Origin: Pseudomonadota bacterium
GTDB taxonomy: Bacteria > Pseudomonadota > Gammaproteobacteria > Ga0077536
NCBI GenBank assembly: GCA_031418675.1
Contig: JANOXY010000744.1
Span: 1 to 35,361, forward strand
Length of the DNA stretch: 35,361 nt
Direction: 5' to 3'
Position 1 is the stretch's first letter; the number at the start of each line of letters is the position of its first letter. The notes beneath the pieces are model-generated. The model was given only the letters and a program-made list of their open reading frames with translations, was not told where the DNA came from and ran no database searches. Positions 1 to 8,460 of this stretch are shown piece by piece. The translations under genes were made by a program, and so were the position numbers.

Positions 1-2699
1 GCGATAGTCTGCGTATTACCACTCAACAGACTCGAGCTCGAGGTCAGAGAGACCGTGCGGCCGGTATTGATCACCAAGCCGTTGGTGTCCGCGTCCGCAC
101 CATCGTTCGACGTCAGCGTCAGGCTCGCCGGCACCACCAGATCCATATCCAGCAGCACATCGGTAAAGGTACTGGAAAGCGTCATTGCCAGCTTGCCGAT
201 GCTGCCGTTCTGTCGCAGCGTGCCCCCTTTAATCTCACCACCTGCCAGGTTTATAACGCCTGTCGTGTCGTTGAACACGAAGATCTGCCCGCTGTTGTCG
301 TAAATGCCTGTGAGATTGATGCCACCGGTACCACCGGTGCCGAGGTTGTTCAGCGTGCCAAGCTGACTAAAACTACCGGCAACATTCACCGTGCCGCCAT
401 TAGCCCGCAAGATCCCACCACCGTTATCCAGATTGGTGACCGTGATGGTCTCACCGGCATCCGCCACTATCAGTGCCCGATTGATGGTGTTGTTGAAGGA
501 GATGCCGATGTTTCCCACGGTGTTCGCACCGCTACCCGAGATCGTCAAGCCCGAACCCAGAGTTGTCACGACTGCGGACGAAAAATTATTGCCGAGGAAA
601 CTCACACCCGCCGAACTGTTGCCGTTAAACAAGATGGTGCCGCTACCACCGATAGTCTGGGTGTTCTGCGCGACCAGTGCTGCGGCTGCGTTGATAGTCA
701 CCGTGCGACCGGCGTTGATTACTAGCGCGTCGGCATCAGCATCTCTGGCGCTGTCGGTGGTTCCGAGGGTACCGCTTATTGTCAAGTCCGCATCCAGAAC
801 AACATCGGTAAAATTACTGCTGACACTCGCGATCACCTCGCCGCTACCAAGCTGCCGCAGGGTCGCGCTCTGCACCGTTGCACCGGCCATCGTGGCGGTC
901 GTCGCCGTATTGAAGAGCAGGGCACCACCGCCAAGATCGATATTCGCAGCGCTGGTATTCAGGCGCGTTGCTGCGCCGGCCCCGTTCTGCGGATTGTTCA
1001 AATTGAGCGCACCACCATTGGTGGTAATCGCCGCTGAAATATCCAGAGTCGCGTTGGGATTGACGCTGCTGCTACCCGCATCGCCGGCCGTCAAGGTAAT
1101 CGCACCATTGCTGGTCTTAATCGCGCTGTTCACCGCGATATTGCCACCGGCACGCACAGTGAATGATTGGCCACTGCGGGCAGAAAAATCCAGCCCGCCG
1201 CTCAGTCCAGCATTGATGGTGAAATTGCGATTAGCCTGCAAGCTGACATTGCCGACCAATGCCTCAAGCGCTTCGTCGCTAAGGGTGAAATCATCAAGCG
1301 CGCCATTGGTGCCGTTGCCAGCAATATCGTCGCCGAACAGAATCGATGCGTCGGCGCCACCGACCTGGTTGTTATTAGTGGTGGTGGTGTCGGTGATGGT
1401 GATATCACGCGGGTCGAGCAGAATGCGCCCCTGCTTGCCGCGGGATGCACCCACGTCAACATTGCCACGCAGCGCGAGCTGTTCCTTGCCTGAGACTTCG
1501 ACCTGACCGCCGTCTCCACTGGCCGCGCCGCCGCGTGCACTGATGGCGCCATCAAAACGTGTCTCTTTATTCGACCACACCACGACATCGCCACCGGCGC
1601 CCTGCTGGCGCGCATTGGCGGTGATGCGGGCACCTTCCACCACGGTGGTCTTGTCAGCATTGGCAACTTTGCGCTCTTCGCCATGCCAACCACCGCCGAT
1701 GCGCACTTCGCCGCCCGCCGTCGCACCACTGGCCTCGATCGCGGCATGCGCCAACACGCCGACACGCTGACCCGTGACGACGACCCGTCCACCGCCCGTT
1801 TCAACGCCCGTGGCATCCAGCTTGCCGTCGATCACGGTCGTGCCCGTTTGGCTTTCGACCCGGATCTCGCCGCCGCTCGCGCCGCGCGCACTAAGCACGC
1901 CCTCGGCACTTTGTGTGATGTCGGTCTGGGCCGATAACACGATGCGCCCGCCGGCATCGCGGGACAGGGTATTGGCGCTGATGGTGCCACTGTTTTTGAG
2001 GGTGCCCGCGAAGACACCTACGGCGCCCTGCTCGGCCAGCAGTTTGCCGAGGTTGAGCACGCGGTCGTCTGGCGCCTGCACCTGGAAAGTCACATCATCC
2101 ACGTCGAGACTGGTCAGACGAACGCCCTGCCCGGCCGCCAGAATCAACTGACCTGCTTCAACACGCAGGGTGCCGGCGTTTTCGATACTGGGCGCGATGA
2201 AAACGATCTCGCCACCGCGGGCCGCTTTGATATAGCCCTCGTTCTTGATCGCACCCGCTGCACCGGAGGCGTTGAAAGCATAGCGGCCTGCGATGAAATC
2301 GGCGTCTTTGATATCGAGGGTAGAGGCGATCAGGCCAGCGGTATCAACCCGCGCGCCGGCGCCGAAGGCGATGCCGTTGGGATTGATCAGGAAAACTTTG
2401 CCGTTGGAGACCAGGCGCCCGAGGATGGCCGAGGGGTCACCACCGGTGACGCGGTTCAAGACGGCGCTTTTGTTCGATTGCTGCACGAAGCGCGTGAGCT
2501 CGCCACGCCCGATGGAAAACCCCTGCCAGTTGATGATGGCACCCGGTGAATTGGCGATGTTCAGAATGCCCGCCGCCGGGCGAGACAGGCTCGCCTGGCC
2601 GTGGGCAACAACACCACCCGTCGGGTTGGCTTGCGCGGCACCACCGCTCAATAAGCCAGCCACAACACCTGCGAGCAATGAACGCGGCTTGTTCGACAT
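1..2699 (-). CDS. Two-partner-secretion exoprotein (TpsA, filamentous-haemagglutinin family). About 899 N-terminal codons are in the window; the 3' end runs off the left edge.
   Basis: My own minus-strand translation from the ATG at 2699..2697 gives MSNKPRSLLAGVVAGLLSGGAAQA/NPTGGVVAHGQASLS.. (Sec signal). A TPS domain follows (ILNIANSPGAIINWQGFSIG, VLNRVTGGDPSAILG, VFLINPNGIAFGAGARVD). Next comes the conserved GGEVRIGGGWHG..VVVWS..ARGG..SGDGGQVEVSGK..ILLDPRDITI block, then G/N/T-rich beta-helix-like repeats. I found no in-frame stop down to position 1, which explains its absence from the ORF track. It lies directly downstream of a TpsB gene. Confidence 0.85.
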   Translation of the reverse strand, partial: MSNKPRSLLAGVVAGLLSGGAAQANPTGGVVAHGQASLSRPAAGILNIANSPGAIINWQGFSIGRGELTRFVQQSNKSAVLNRVTGGDPSAILGRLVSNGKVFLINPNGIAFGAGARVDTAGLIASTLDIKDADFIAGRYAFNASGAAGAIKNEGYIKAARGGEIVFIAPSIENAGTLRVEAGQLILAAGQGVRLTSLDVDDVTFQVQAPDDRVLNLGKLLAEQGAVGVFAGTLKNSGTISANTLSRDAGGRIVLSAQTDITQSAEGVLSARGASGGEIRVESQTGTTVIDGKLDATGVETGGGRVVVTGQRVGVLAHAAIEASGATAGGEVRIGGGWHGEERKVANADKTTVVEGARITANARQQGAGGDVVVWSNKETRFDGAISARGGAASGDGGQVEVSGKEQLALRGNVDVGASRGKQGRILLDPRDITITDTTTTNNNQVGGADASILFGDDIAGNGTNGALDDFTLSDEALEALVGNVSLQANRNFTINAGLSGGLDFSARSGQSFTVRAGGNIAVNSAIKTSNGAITLTAGDAGSSSVNPNATLDISAAITTNGGALNLNNPQNGAGAATRLNTSAANIDLGGGALLFNTATTATMAGATVQSATLRQLGSGEVIASVSSNFTDVVLDADLTISGTLGTTDSARDADADALVINAGRTVTINAAAALVAQNTQTIGGSGTILFNGNSSAGVSFLGNNFSSAVVTTLGSGLTISGSGANTVGNIGISFNNTINRALIVADAGETITVTNLDNGGGILRANGGTVNVAGSFSQLGTLNNLGTGGTGGINLTGIYDNSGQIFVFNDTTGVINLAGGEIKGGTLRQNGSIGKLAMTLSSTFTDVLLDMDLVVPASLTLTSNDGADADTNGLVINTGRTVSLTSSSSLLSGNTQTI

Positions 2700-2906
2700 A
2701 GTCCCTGGTCCAGCTAATGGCACTTAGCGTCGTGATCGACGGGTGTGCTCGAATTCAATGGACGTTGATAACCGATTTACGCGGGTGACGCTAGCGACCT
2801 TTTCACGCTCGCAGGGTGTGGGGTTTGTAAACGAGTATGAAGCCCTACGGCAGGGACGACCTGCCCTAGAAACAGCGCTGTGAAGGCATCAAACGCCGGA
2901 CTCGAT

Positions 2907-4469
2907 TTAGTAGCGGTAGGTCAAGCTGACATGACACTTGGTGCCGCTGGCGCTGCGGTCCCGCGCGTCGTCGATATCCTGGCCATAATCCACCGCCAGC
3001 GAGAGCTGCTGGCGCCATTGCCAGCGCAGCCCCAGCCCGGTGCTCGCGATCACGTCGTGGTCGATTTCCCCCACCTGGGAGAAGTAGCGCTCAACGTGGC
3101 CAGCGTCGAAAAAAGCCAGTAGACGCAAGTTATAAGGCAAAGGTGGCGCCCAGATCTCGATGCCTAAGCGCTCACCGTCGTCGCCCGTGACGCCGCGTTC
3201 CTGAAAACCACGTACCGAGCCGACGCCACCGACGCCAAATTGTTCGCCGGCGATCATGGCCTCGCTGGCGACCTGGCCCTCGAACATCACGACCGCCTGC
3301 CATTCACGGGGCAGGCTGGCGGTCACCCGCGTCTCGTAACGAAAAGCGTCCCAGCCGGCGCGGGATTGTTTGCGCGCGCGCTCGTAGTTGCGGCCGTCGT
3401 TGTGATCGCCACCACCGAGGTTGCGCACGTAACTCAAATTCAGATCGGCCGTCAGCCAGCTGCCACGGTAAGCACCCTGATAACTCAAGGTGAGCGGTCG
3501 ACTGCGCACCTGGCCGCCGATGGGCCGGCCCTGGAAGCTGACCTTGTTAACAAACAGGCGATCGTCGATGCCGATGCCGACTTGCTGCCGCCACGGCCCG
3601 ACTTGATTCAAGTACTGGCTGTAGGCGTAGCCATAAAAATCACCCGCACCGCTGACATCAAACACGTCCTGGATGCGGCCATTGTTGATGTCGGAATGGG
3701 CGTAATAGAAGGTGCTGACACCGGCCAGGCGGTAGGTCGGCATGCGGTAATTAACCACCGCTTGTTTGACGTTTTCAGTGTCTTCTGGGGAGGTGGTGTA
3801 GATCACCGTCGCCGCGTCATCCATGCCCAGCAGATTGGAATGCTGGGCGCCGACCGCCAGACGGGTGGTAGCCAGATCGGGCGTACCGAGGTTGTTGAAG
3901 TTGGCAAACACCGCCCACGGGCGGCGGTCTTGCACAGCCAGTTCGGCATCGATCTTGTCGGGCTTGTCGGACTCTTTCAGATTCAGGGTCAGATGCCGAT
4001 CCGGGTGATCGTTGGCCAGGGCGAGCGAGCGCGCCAGACGCTTGATATTGGGTGTGGCGTCGGGCTTCAGGCTGGGCGCGGTGCGCCGCACATTGGCTTC
4101 GGAGAAATGTTTGTTGCCGCTGACCGACACCGTGCCCAGAGTCAGGGCGCTGACCTTGAGCTGCACGGTTTCGTGCTCAACGGTCTGCGGTGGCAAGACC
4201 ACCCGATGGAAAATAAAGCCCTTGGCGCGCAGCGCCTGCTCAAGACCCTTGGCCGCGGCGGTCAGGTCCGACAGACCGTGTTTGACACCTTTGAACGGTT
4301 CGAGAATGGCGTCGGTCGCCGCGGCCGGCAGGGGATTATCACCACTGACTTCGTAGTGATTGACGGCAAAACCAGCCGGCTCTTCGGCCACCGCCACACC
4401 CACCATGGCGCAAGCGGCAAACACTCCTGCAAGGGCGCGCGCCGCGCGCGATTTGGCCGGTGTAACCAC
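2907..4469 (-). CDS. TpsB outer-membrane transporter (ShlB/FhaC/HecB haemolysin activation/secretion family)
   Basis: The ORF is open from 4562. I prefer the GTG at 4469, preceded by GAGGGA, which gives the signal peptide VVTPAKSRAARALAGVFAACAMVGVAVA/EEP. A POTRA-like region follows (FHRVVLPPQTVEHETVQLKVSALTLGTVSVSGNKHFSE), then a beta-barrel ending in an aromatic residue (..VSLTYRY). It is adjacent to a TPS-domain gene. The start is uncertain (4562 is the alternative). Confidence 0.85.
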   Translation of the reverse strand: MVTPAKSRAARALAGVFAACAMVGVAVAEEPAGFAVNHYEVSGDNPLPAAATDAILEPFKGVKHGLSDLTAAAKGLEQALRAKGFIFHRVVLPPQTVEHETVQLKVSALTLGTVSVSGNKHFSEANVRRTAPSLKPDATPNIKRLARSLALANDHPDRHLTLNLKESDKPDKIDAELAVQDRRPWAVFANFNNLGTPDLATTRLAVGAQHSNLLGMDDAATVIYTTSPEDTENVKQAVVNYRMPTYRLAGVSTFYYAHSDINNGRIQDVFDVSGAGDFYGYAYSQYLNQVGPWRQQVGIGIDDRLFVNKVSFQGRPIGGQVRSRPLTLSYQGAYRGSWLTADLNLSYVRNLGGGDHNDGRNYERARKQSRAGWDAFRYETRVTASLPREWQAVVMFEGQVASEAMIAGEQFGVGGVGSVRGFQERGVTGDDGERLGIEIWAPPLPYNLRLLAFFDAGHVERYFSQVGEIDHDVIASTGLGLRWQWRQQLSLAVDYGQDIDDARDRSASGTKCHVSLTYRY

Positions 4470-4697
4470 CGATATCCCTCTGTTACAACGAGCGCGGCGG
4501 GGCGCTGACCCGGTTTTTGTTCTGCCGAGGATGGCGCCTCGATCGGGCAAGCATGATGCCATACATCGTCTTAAACCCGATAACTCGACATGGGATTAGG
4601 TTTAGTCACAGCCATCGCTCAAGCCCGTGATTCAAGCCCGCGCGCGCAAACGCCGCTACCGGGACAAGACCTGAACCGGGTGCGCCCAGAGACGCCG

Positions 4698-5129
4698 ATG
4701 TTCCATCAATCCCTTGCCCTCATGCTCGTCACCGCCGGACTGGCCGGCTGTGCGACACCAGACTCATCTTCCCAGCGCACCGAGGTCGCGTCAGTACAGG
4801 CCGTTTATGTCGAAGTGGCGTCGGACATCTATGTCAGCGAGCGTCTGTTGGCCGCCGCACCGGCCGAGGACTACTGGGTCAAACTCGCACTGCCCGATGG
4901 CCAAGGGCAGGACACCACCACCATGGCGCGGGTGCCCGCGCAACTGGTGCTGGCGGCGGGTGATACGGTGTCCGTCGCGCTGGCGCCGATGCCGGGTCAT
5001 GGTGATAGCGTCGCGGTAAAACGACCTAACCGCGTGCTCGATGTCATCAACACCCGCACTCTGGCCCAGACCAACACTCCGCCGTTGCCCGCATCCATCG
5101 AGCGTTTGCTTTTGCCCACCAGCCCCTGA
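4698..5129 (+). CDS. Hypothetical lipoprotein
   Basis: The internal ATG at 4698 gives MFHQSLALMLVTAGLAGC-ATPDSS, a lipobox (LAGC) signal. I recognise no other family motif. It is divergent from the TPS locus. Confidence 0.5.
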   Translation: MFHQSLALMLVTAGLAGCATPDSSSQRTEVASVQAVYVEVASDIYVSERLLAAAPAEDYWVKLALPDGQGQDTTTMARVPAQLVLAAGDTVSVALAPMPGHGDSVAVKRPNRVLDVINTRTLAQTNTPPLPASIERLLLPTSP

Positions 5130-5214
5130 GCCGGCGGCTGGCCGCCATTGATGGTGCGACGCAGGCGCAACACACCATCGATGCCATAATTCCTCAACAC
5201 CGAGGAGTTTTTAC

Positions 5215-6078
5215 ATGGCCCATCACACTGCATTTCAATCTGGCAAAGTTGCCGTCATTACCGGCGCGGCCGACGGCATTGGCCGCGCAGCGGCCCAAGC
5301 TTATGCGCGTTTGGGCATGCACCTGCTGCTGGCCGATCGCGACGTCGAGCGCCTGACCGCTACCACCGAAGAAGTGCGCAACATCGTCGCCGCGCAGGAT
5401 GGCCGCGTGGTGTCTCAGGTGATCGATGTTGCACAATTCGAGCAGGTGGTGGCGCTGAAAGAGCGCGCCTACGCAGAATTCTCGCGGGTCGATGTGTTGA
5501 TGAACAACGCCGGCACCAGTCAGCCCAGCGGCGCGTGGTCGGCGCTGCCGGCCTGGCAGCACATCTTAAGCGTCAATCTCTGGGGCATCGTGCACGGTGT
5601 GCAGGCCTTTACTGAGGCCATGATCGCCCAGGGCAGCCCGGCCTTGATCATCAACACCGGCTCCAAACAAGGCATCACCAATCCGCCCGGCAATCCCGCC
5701 TACAACGTCAGTAAAGCCGGAGTGAAGTCCTTAACCGAATCCCTGCAACACGAGTTGCGCAACACCAGCGGCTGCCAGGTGAGCGCCCATCTGCTGGTGC
5801 CGGGCTTCACCTATACCGGCTTGACCCATATCGGCGCGCCGCGGGTCCGCGCTACGTCTAAGCCCGACGGTGCGTGGCTGCCGGAGCAGGTTATCGATTA
5901 CATGCTGGCTGCGATTGCACGCGGCAGTTTTTACATCATCTGTCCGGACAACGAAGTAAGCAGCGCCGACGATGCCAAGCGCATGGTGTGGGCGGCATAT
6001 GACATGGCCGACGATCGTGCGCCGCTGTCACGCTGGCAGGGTGATTACCAGGACGCGTTCAAGAACTTCAAAGTGTAA
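5215..6078 (+). CDS. Short-chain dehydrogenase/reductase (SDR) family oxidoreductase
   Basis: TGxxxGIG cofactor motif (VAVITGAADGIGRAAA), NNAG, and the catalytic YxxxK (YNVSKAG). A GAGGAG Shine-Dalgarno lies 7 nt upstream of the ATG. Confidence 0.85.
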   Translation: MAHHTAFQSGKVAVITGAADGIGRAAAQAYARLGMHLLLADRDVERLTATTEEVRNIVAAQDGRVVSQVIDVAQFEQVVALKERAYAEFSRVDVLMNNAGTSQPSGAWSALPAWQHILSVNLWGIVHGVQAFTEAMIAQGSPALIINTGSKQGITNPPGNPAYNVSKAGVKSLTESLQHELRNTSGCQVSAHLLVPGFTYTGLTHIGAPRVRATSKPDGAWLPEQVIDYMLAAIARGSFYIICPDNEVSSADDAKRMVWAAYDMADDRAPLSRWQGDYQDAFKNFKV

Positions 6079-6094
6079 GTGTCACTCAAGCGCC

Positions 6095-6120
6095 GCTGCG
6101 CTGCGCGACTGCAGCGCAGC
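6095..6120. terminator. GC-rich hairpin between convergent genes (candidate bidirectional terminator)
   Basis: GCTGCGCTGC-gcgact-GCAGCGCAGC forms a perfect 10-bp stem. It lies 17 nt after the SDR stop and 14 nt after the CMD-gene stop. There is no clear U-tract. Confidence 0.4.
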
Positions 6121-6134
6121 GACAGCTCGGATGC

Positions 6135-6458
6135 TCAGCAACAAGACTTGGTCGTCGGCTGTGTGCCCACGGGCGGACAGCAAGCCGTTGCTTGTGCCAC
6201 CGCTTGCACTTCATCGGGACCACAGCAGGGAGCGTCGGCAACGATGCCGGTCAGCGCCGCCGTCGCGGCCGCCAATACCTTGTCCGCAGGCACGCGCTTG
6301 ATTTTGTCGGCCAGTTGGATGGCTTCGCTAATTTCGGCATCGCTCAAACCAGCCTTGCGTGCTTCGGGCACGTGGTAGTCGATACAGGGAATGCAATTGG
6401 CGGCGAGGGCCGCGCCGAGGGCAACGAGTTCGCGGTCACGATGGCTGAGGGTCGTCAT
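6135..6458 (-). CDS. Small carboxymuconolactone-decarboxylase (CMD/AhpD-like) family protein with a Cys-Cys-rich C-terminal tail
   Basis: Minimal CMD fold signature: LSHRDRELVALGAALAANCIPCIDYH (CxxC) ..GLSDAEISEAIQLA. The tail is ADAPCCGPDEVQAVAQATACCPPVGTQPTTKSCC. An AAGGAA Shine-Dalgarno is present. It starts 50 nt downstream of the preceding ORF on the same strand. Confidence 0.75.
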   Translation of the reverse strand: MTTLSHRDRELVALGAALAANCIPCIDYHVPEARKAGLSDAEISEAIQLADKIKRVPADKVLAAATAALTGIVADAPCCGPDEVQAVAQATACCPPVGTQPTTKSCC

Positions 6459-6508
6459 GGTGTATTCCTTGAGTGCTTGTGTGGATTGTCTGATTCAGGT
6501 TCAGGTGT

Positions 6509-8392
6509 TCAGCCGCAGCAGCTGCGTGCGGGTGTCACTGCGGGGATGGCTGGCACTGGTTTTGATATTCCGGCACAGCAGCTCGCGTCGACAGCCGGTG
6601 TCGAGAAGTTTGTGTTTGGCGCATTGACTGCCACGGGCCCACAGCATGGAGCTGGGGCCTGATCTTTAACGGTGGTGGCTTGTGTCACATTGCAGACGCC
6701 GGTTTCAGGTAACTGTAGATCAACACGATCAGCGGCCGCAAAATCACCCGCAATGGCCGCCACCACCGAGCGTACCTGCTCAAAGCCGGTCATCATGAGA
6801 AAGGTGGGCGCGCGCCCATAGCTCTTTACACCGACGGTGAAAAAGCCGGGCTCAGGATGGGACAACTCACGGTGACCATGGGGGCGTACGCTGCCGCAGC
6901 TATGCAGATTGGGATCAATCAAGGGTCCTAGTGCAAGGGTGGATTCAATCGCCGGGTCGAGCGATAGACGCAGTTCGCTGGTCATCTCCAGTGCAGGTCG
7001 CTGGCCGGTGGCGCAGACGATCTGATCAATACCCGACAAATGCACGACCTGTTGATTGGCAGCCAAACCCGTCACACGCAGTCCAGCCTCCGTGCGGGTT
7101 ATCTCAGTGATGTGCAGGCCACTGAAAAATTCCAGCTGACCGGCGTCACGCAGGGTTTTCAGCGCCGTGCCCAACTGACCACGGGCGGGCAGCGCGTCGG
7201 CGTCACCGCCGCCAAACACGCGGATTGGGTTAAGGTTGCGTACGGCCCATACCAGTTGTGTGCCCGCTGCGCTGCCCGCCAGCTCGGCCAATGCCAGCAG
7301 CGTGTTGGCCGCCGAATGACCGGCACCCACCACCAGGGTACGTTTGCCCGCATAGCGCGCGCGCTCTAGACCAAGTACGTCGGGAATACCGTAGAAGATT
7401 GTTTCGCGGTGCTCACGTTCGCCCAGGGCCGGTAAGCCGCTCGCACCAAGCGGATTGGGCGTGGCCCAGGTACCGCTGGCATCGATCACGGCACGTGCCC
7501 GATGTTCGCTGACCACACCGTCGCGCACGACTCGCAGTACAAACGGGGCCGCTTCGCGCGCCGCAGATTTGACCTTGTCGAAACCCTCGCGGGTGACGGC
7601 GAGCACCGCGGTATTCAGATGCAGCGCGGCGGCGACACTCGGTAATCGCGCGAAGGGTTCGAGCGCGCGGCTTACGACTTCGCCAGCCAGCGGCAATTTT
7701 TCACCCCCCGGTGCTTGCCAGCCGCTCGTCGAGAGCATGGCGGCCATGGTGTCATCGACGTTGTAACGCCAGGGTGAAAACAGACGCACGTGAGCGTAGT
7801 CGAGCAGATTCGCGCCGACACGTGCGCCGGCTTCAAAGATCAGCGGCGTGATACCGCGGGCAAGAAGATGTGCGGCGGCGGCCAGGCCGACCGGCCCAGC
7901 ACCAATGACGGCGACCGGTAAATCGTTCTGCATGGGCCGCGCCTCACGCAAAATCAGCATCATCAGCGTGGCGGAGGCTGGACACGCGCCCTGGAATTCG
8001 GCCGAGCCAGACAAAGCCAGCGGCGCCTGAGCGCGTGGCTCACGGATGAAGCCAAAGCGCGCAAAATAATCCTCAGCGGTTGCGGTCAGGAGATAGAGCC
8101 GCGCGATGTCCCGTCGTTGTGCTTCGTGCAGCAGCTGCTCCAATAACCGACGACCAATTCCCTGGCGCTGGAGCGCTGGACGCACCGCAACTGAGCGCAA
8201 CAAGGCAACATCGCCGCTGATCTCGGCGCCGGCGCAGGCGACAATTTCGCCACCCATCACCGCCACCATGAACGTGTGCAGATGATCACGCGCGCCATCG
8301 CGCGGCAAGCCATTGGCGAGCAGCAATGCCTCGATGGCAGGCCAGTCCGCGTTGTTGGCGGGTCGCAATGCAAGAGCAATATCCGTTGACAT
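6509..8392 (-). CDS. Fusion protein: N-terminal ArsN2-like GNAT N-acetyltransferase, an FAD/NAD(P)-binding flavoprotein (ArsO/CzcO-like class), and a Cys-Cys-rich tail
   Basis: Residues ~1-150 are GNAT (GDVALLRSVAVRPALQRQGIGRRLL, ..LYLLTATAEDYFARFGF, ..AEFQGACPASATLM), resembling my recollection of ArsN2. A dinucleotide fold follows (VAVIGAGPVGLAAAAHL), then HVRLFSP and a second GxGxxA (LVVGAGHSAANT). The protein ends PETGVCN..APAPCCGP..DASCCAG..ARSCCG. An AGGAG Shine-Dalgarno lies 8 nt upstream. Confidence 0.8.
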   Translation of the reverse strand: MSTDIALALRPANNADWPAIEALLLANGLPRDGARDHLHTFMVAVMGGEIVACAGAEISGDVALLRSVAVRPALQRQGIGRRLLEQLLHEAQRRDIARLYLLTATAEDYFARFGFIREPRAQAPLALSGSAEFQGACPASATLMMLILREARPMQNDLPVAVIGAGPVGLAAAAHLLARGITPLIFEAGARVGANLLDYAHVRLFSPWRYNVDDTMAAMLSTSGWQAPGGEKLPLAGEVVSRALEPFARLPSVAAALHLNTAVLAVTREGFDKVKSAAREAAPFVLRVVRDGVVSEHRARAVIDASGTWATPNPLGASGLPALGEREHRETIFYGIPDVLGLERARYAGKRTLVVGAGHSAANTLLALAELAGSAAGTQLVWAVRNLNPIRVFGGGDADALPARGQLGTALKTLRDAGQLEFFSGLHITEITRTEAGLRVTGLAANQQVVHLSGIDQIVCATGQRPALEMTSELRLSLDPAIESTLALGPLIDPNLHSCGSVRPHGHRELSHPEPGFFTVGVKSYGRAPTFLMMTGFEQVRSVVAAIAGDFAAADRVDLQLPETGVCNVTQATTVKDQAPAPCCGPVAVNAPNTNFSTPAVDASCCAGISKPVPAIPAVTPARSCCG

Positions 8393-8460
8393 GATGGGCG
8401 CTCCTGGCCGGTAGTTCTTTTGTTCGACGTAGATTCTTGTAATGCCTTGCGCTGGACAGG

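Noticed and set aside
391-1506. A 371-aa plus-strand ORF and several other listed ORFs in 55..2727, on both strands
   Set aside because: Their composition is low-complexity Pro/Ala/Ser/Leu/Val with no motifs. They lie antisense to, or out of frame with, the TPS-domain ORF on the minus strand, which has clear family motifs. They are shadow ORFs typical of high-GC DNA.
2718-2733. A TGGCAC element resembling a sigma54 -24 box in the tpsB-tpsA spacer
   Set aside because: It is on the plus strand, opposite to the local genes, and it lacks the TTGC -12 element at the correct spacing.
3240-4508. A 422-aa plus-strand ORF opposite tpsB
   Set aside because: It is Arg/Gly/Ala-rich with no recognisable domain, whereas the minus-strand frame gives a coherent POTRA plus beta-barrel protein.
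6509-8392. The idea that the flavoprotein is a mercuric reductase (because of ..SCCAG..) or carries an HdrB-type CCG domain
   Set aside because: There is no NmerA domain and no CxxxxC redox-active disulfide after the first Rossmann motif. The CC spacing does not fit the CCG-domain pattern (Cx31-39CCx35-36CxxC). Only the tail logic resembles MerA.
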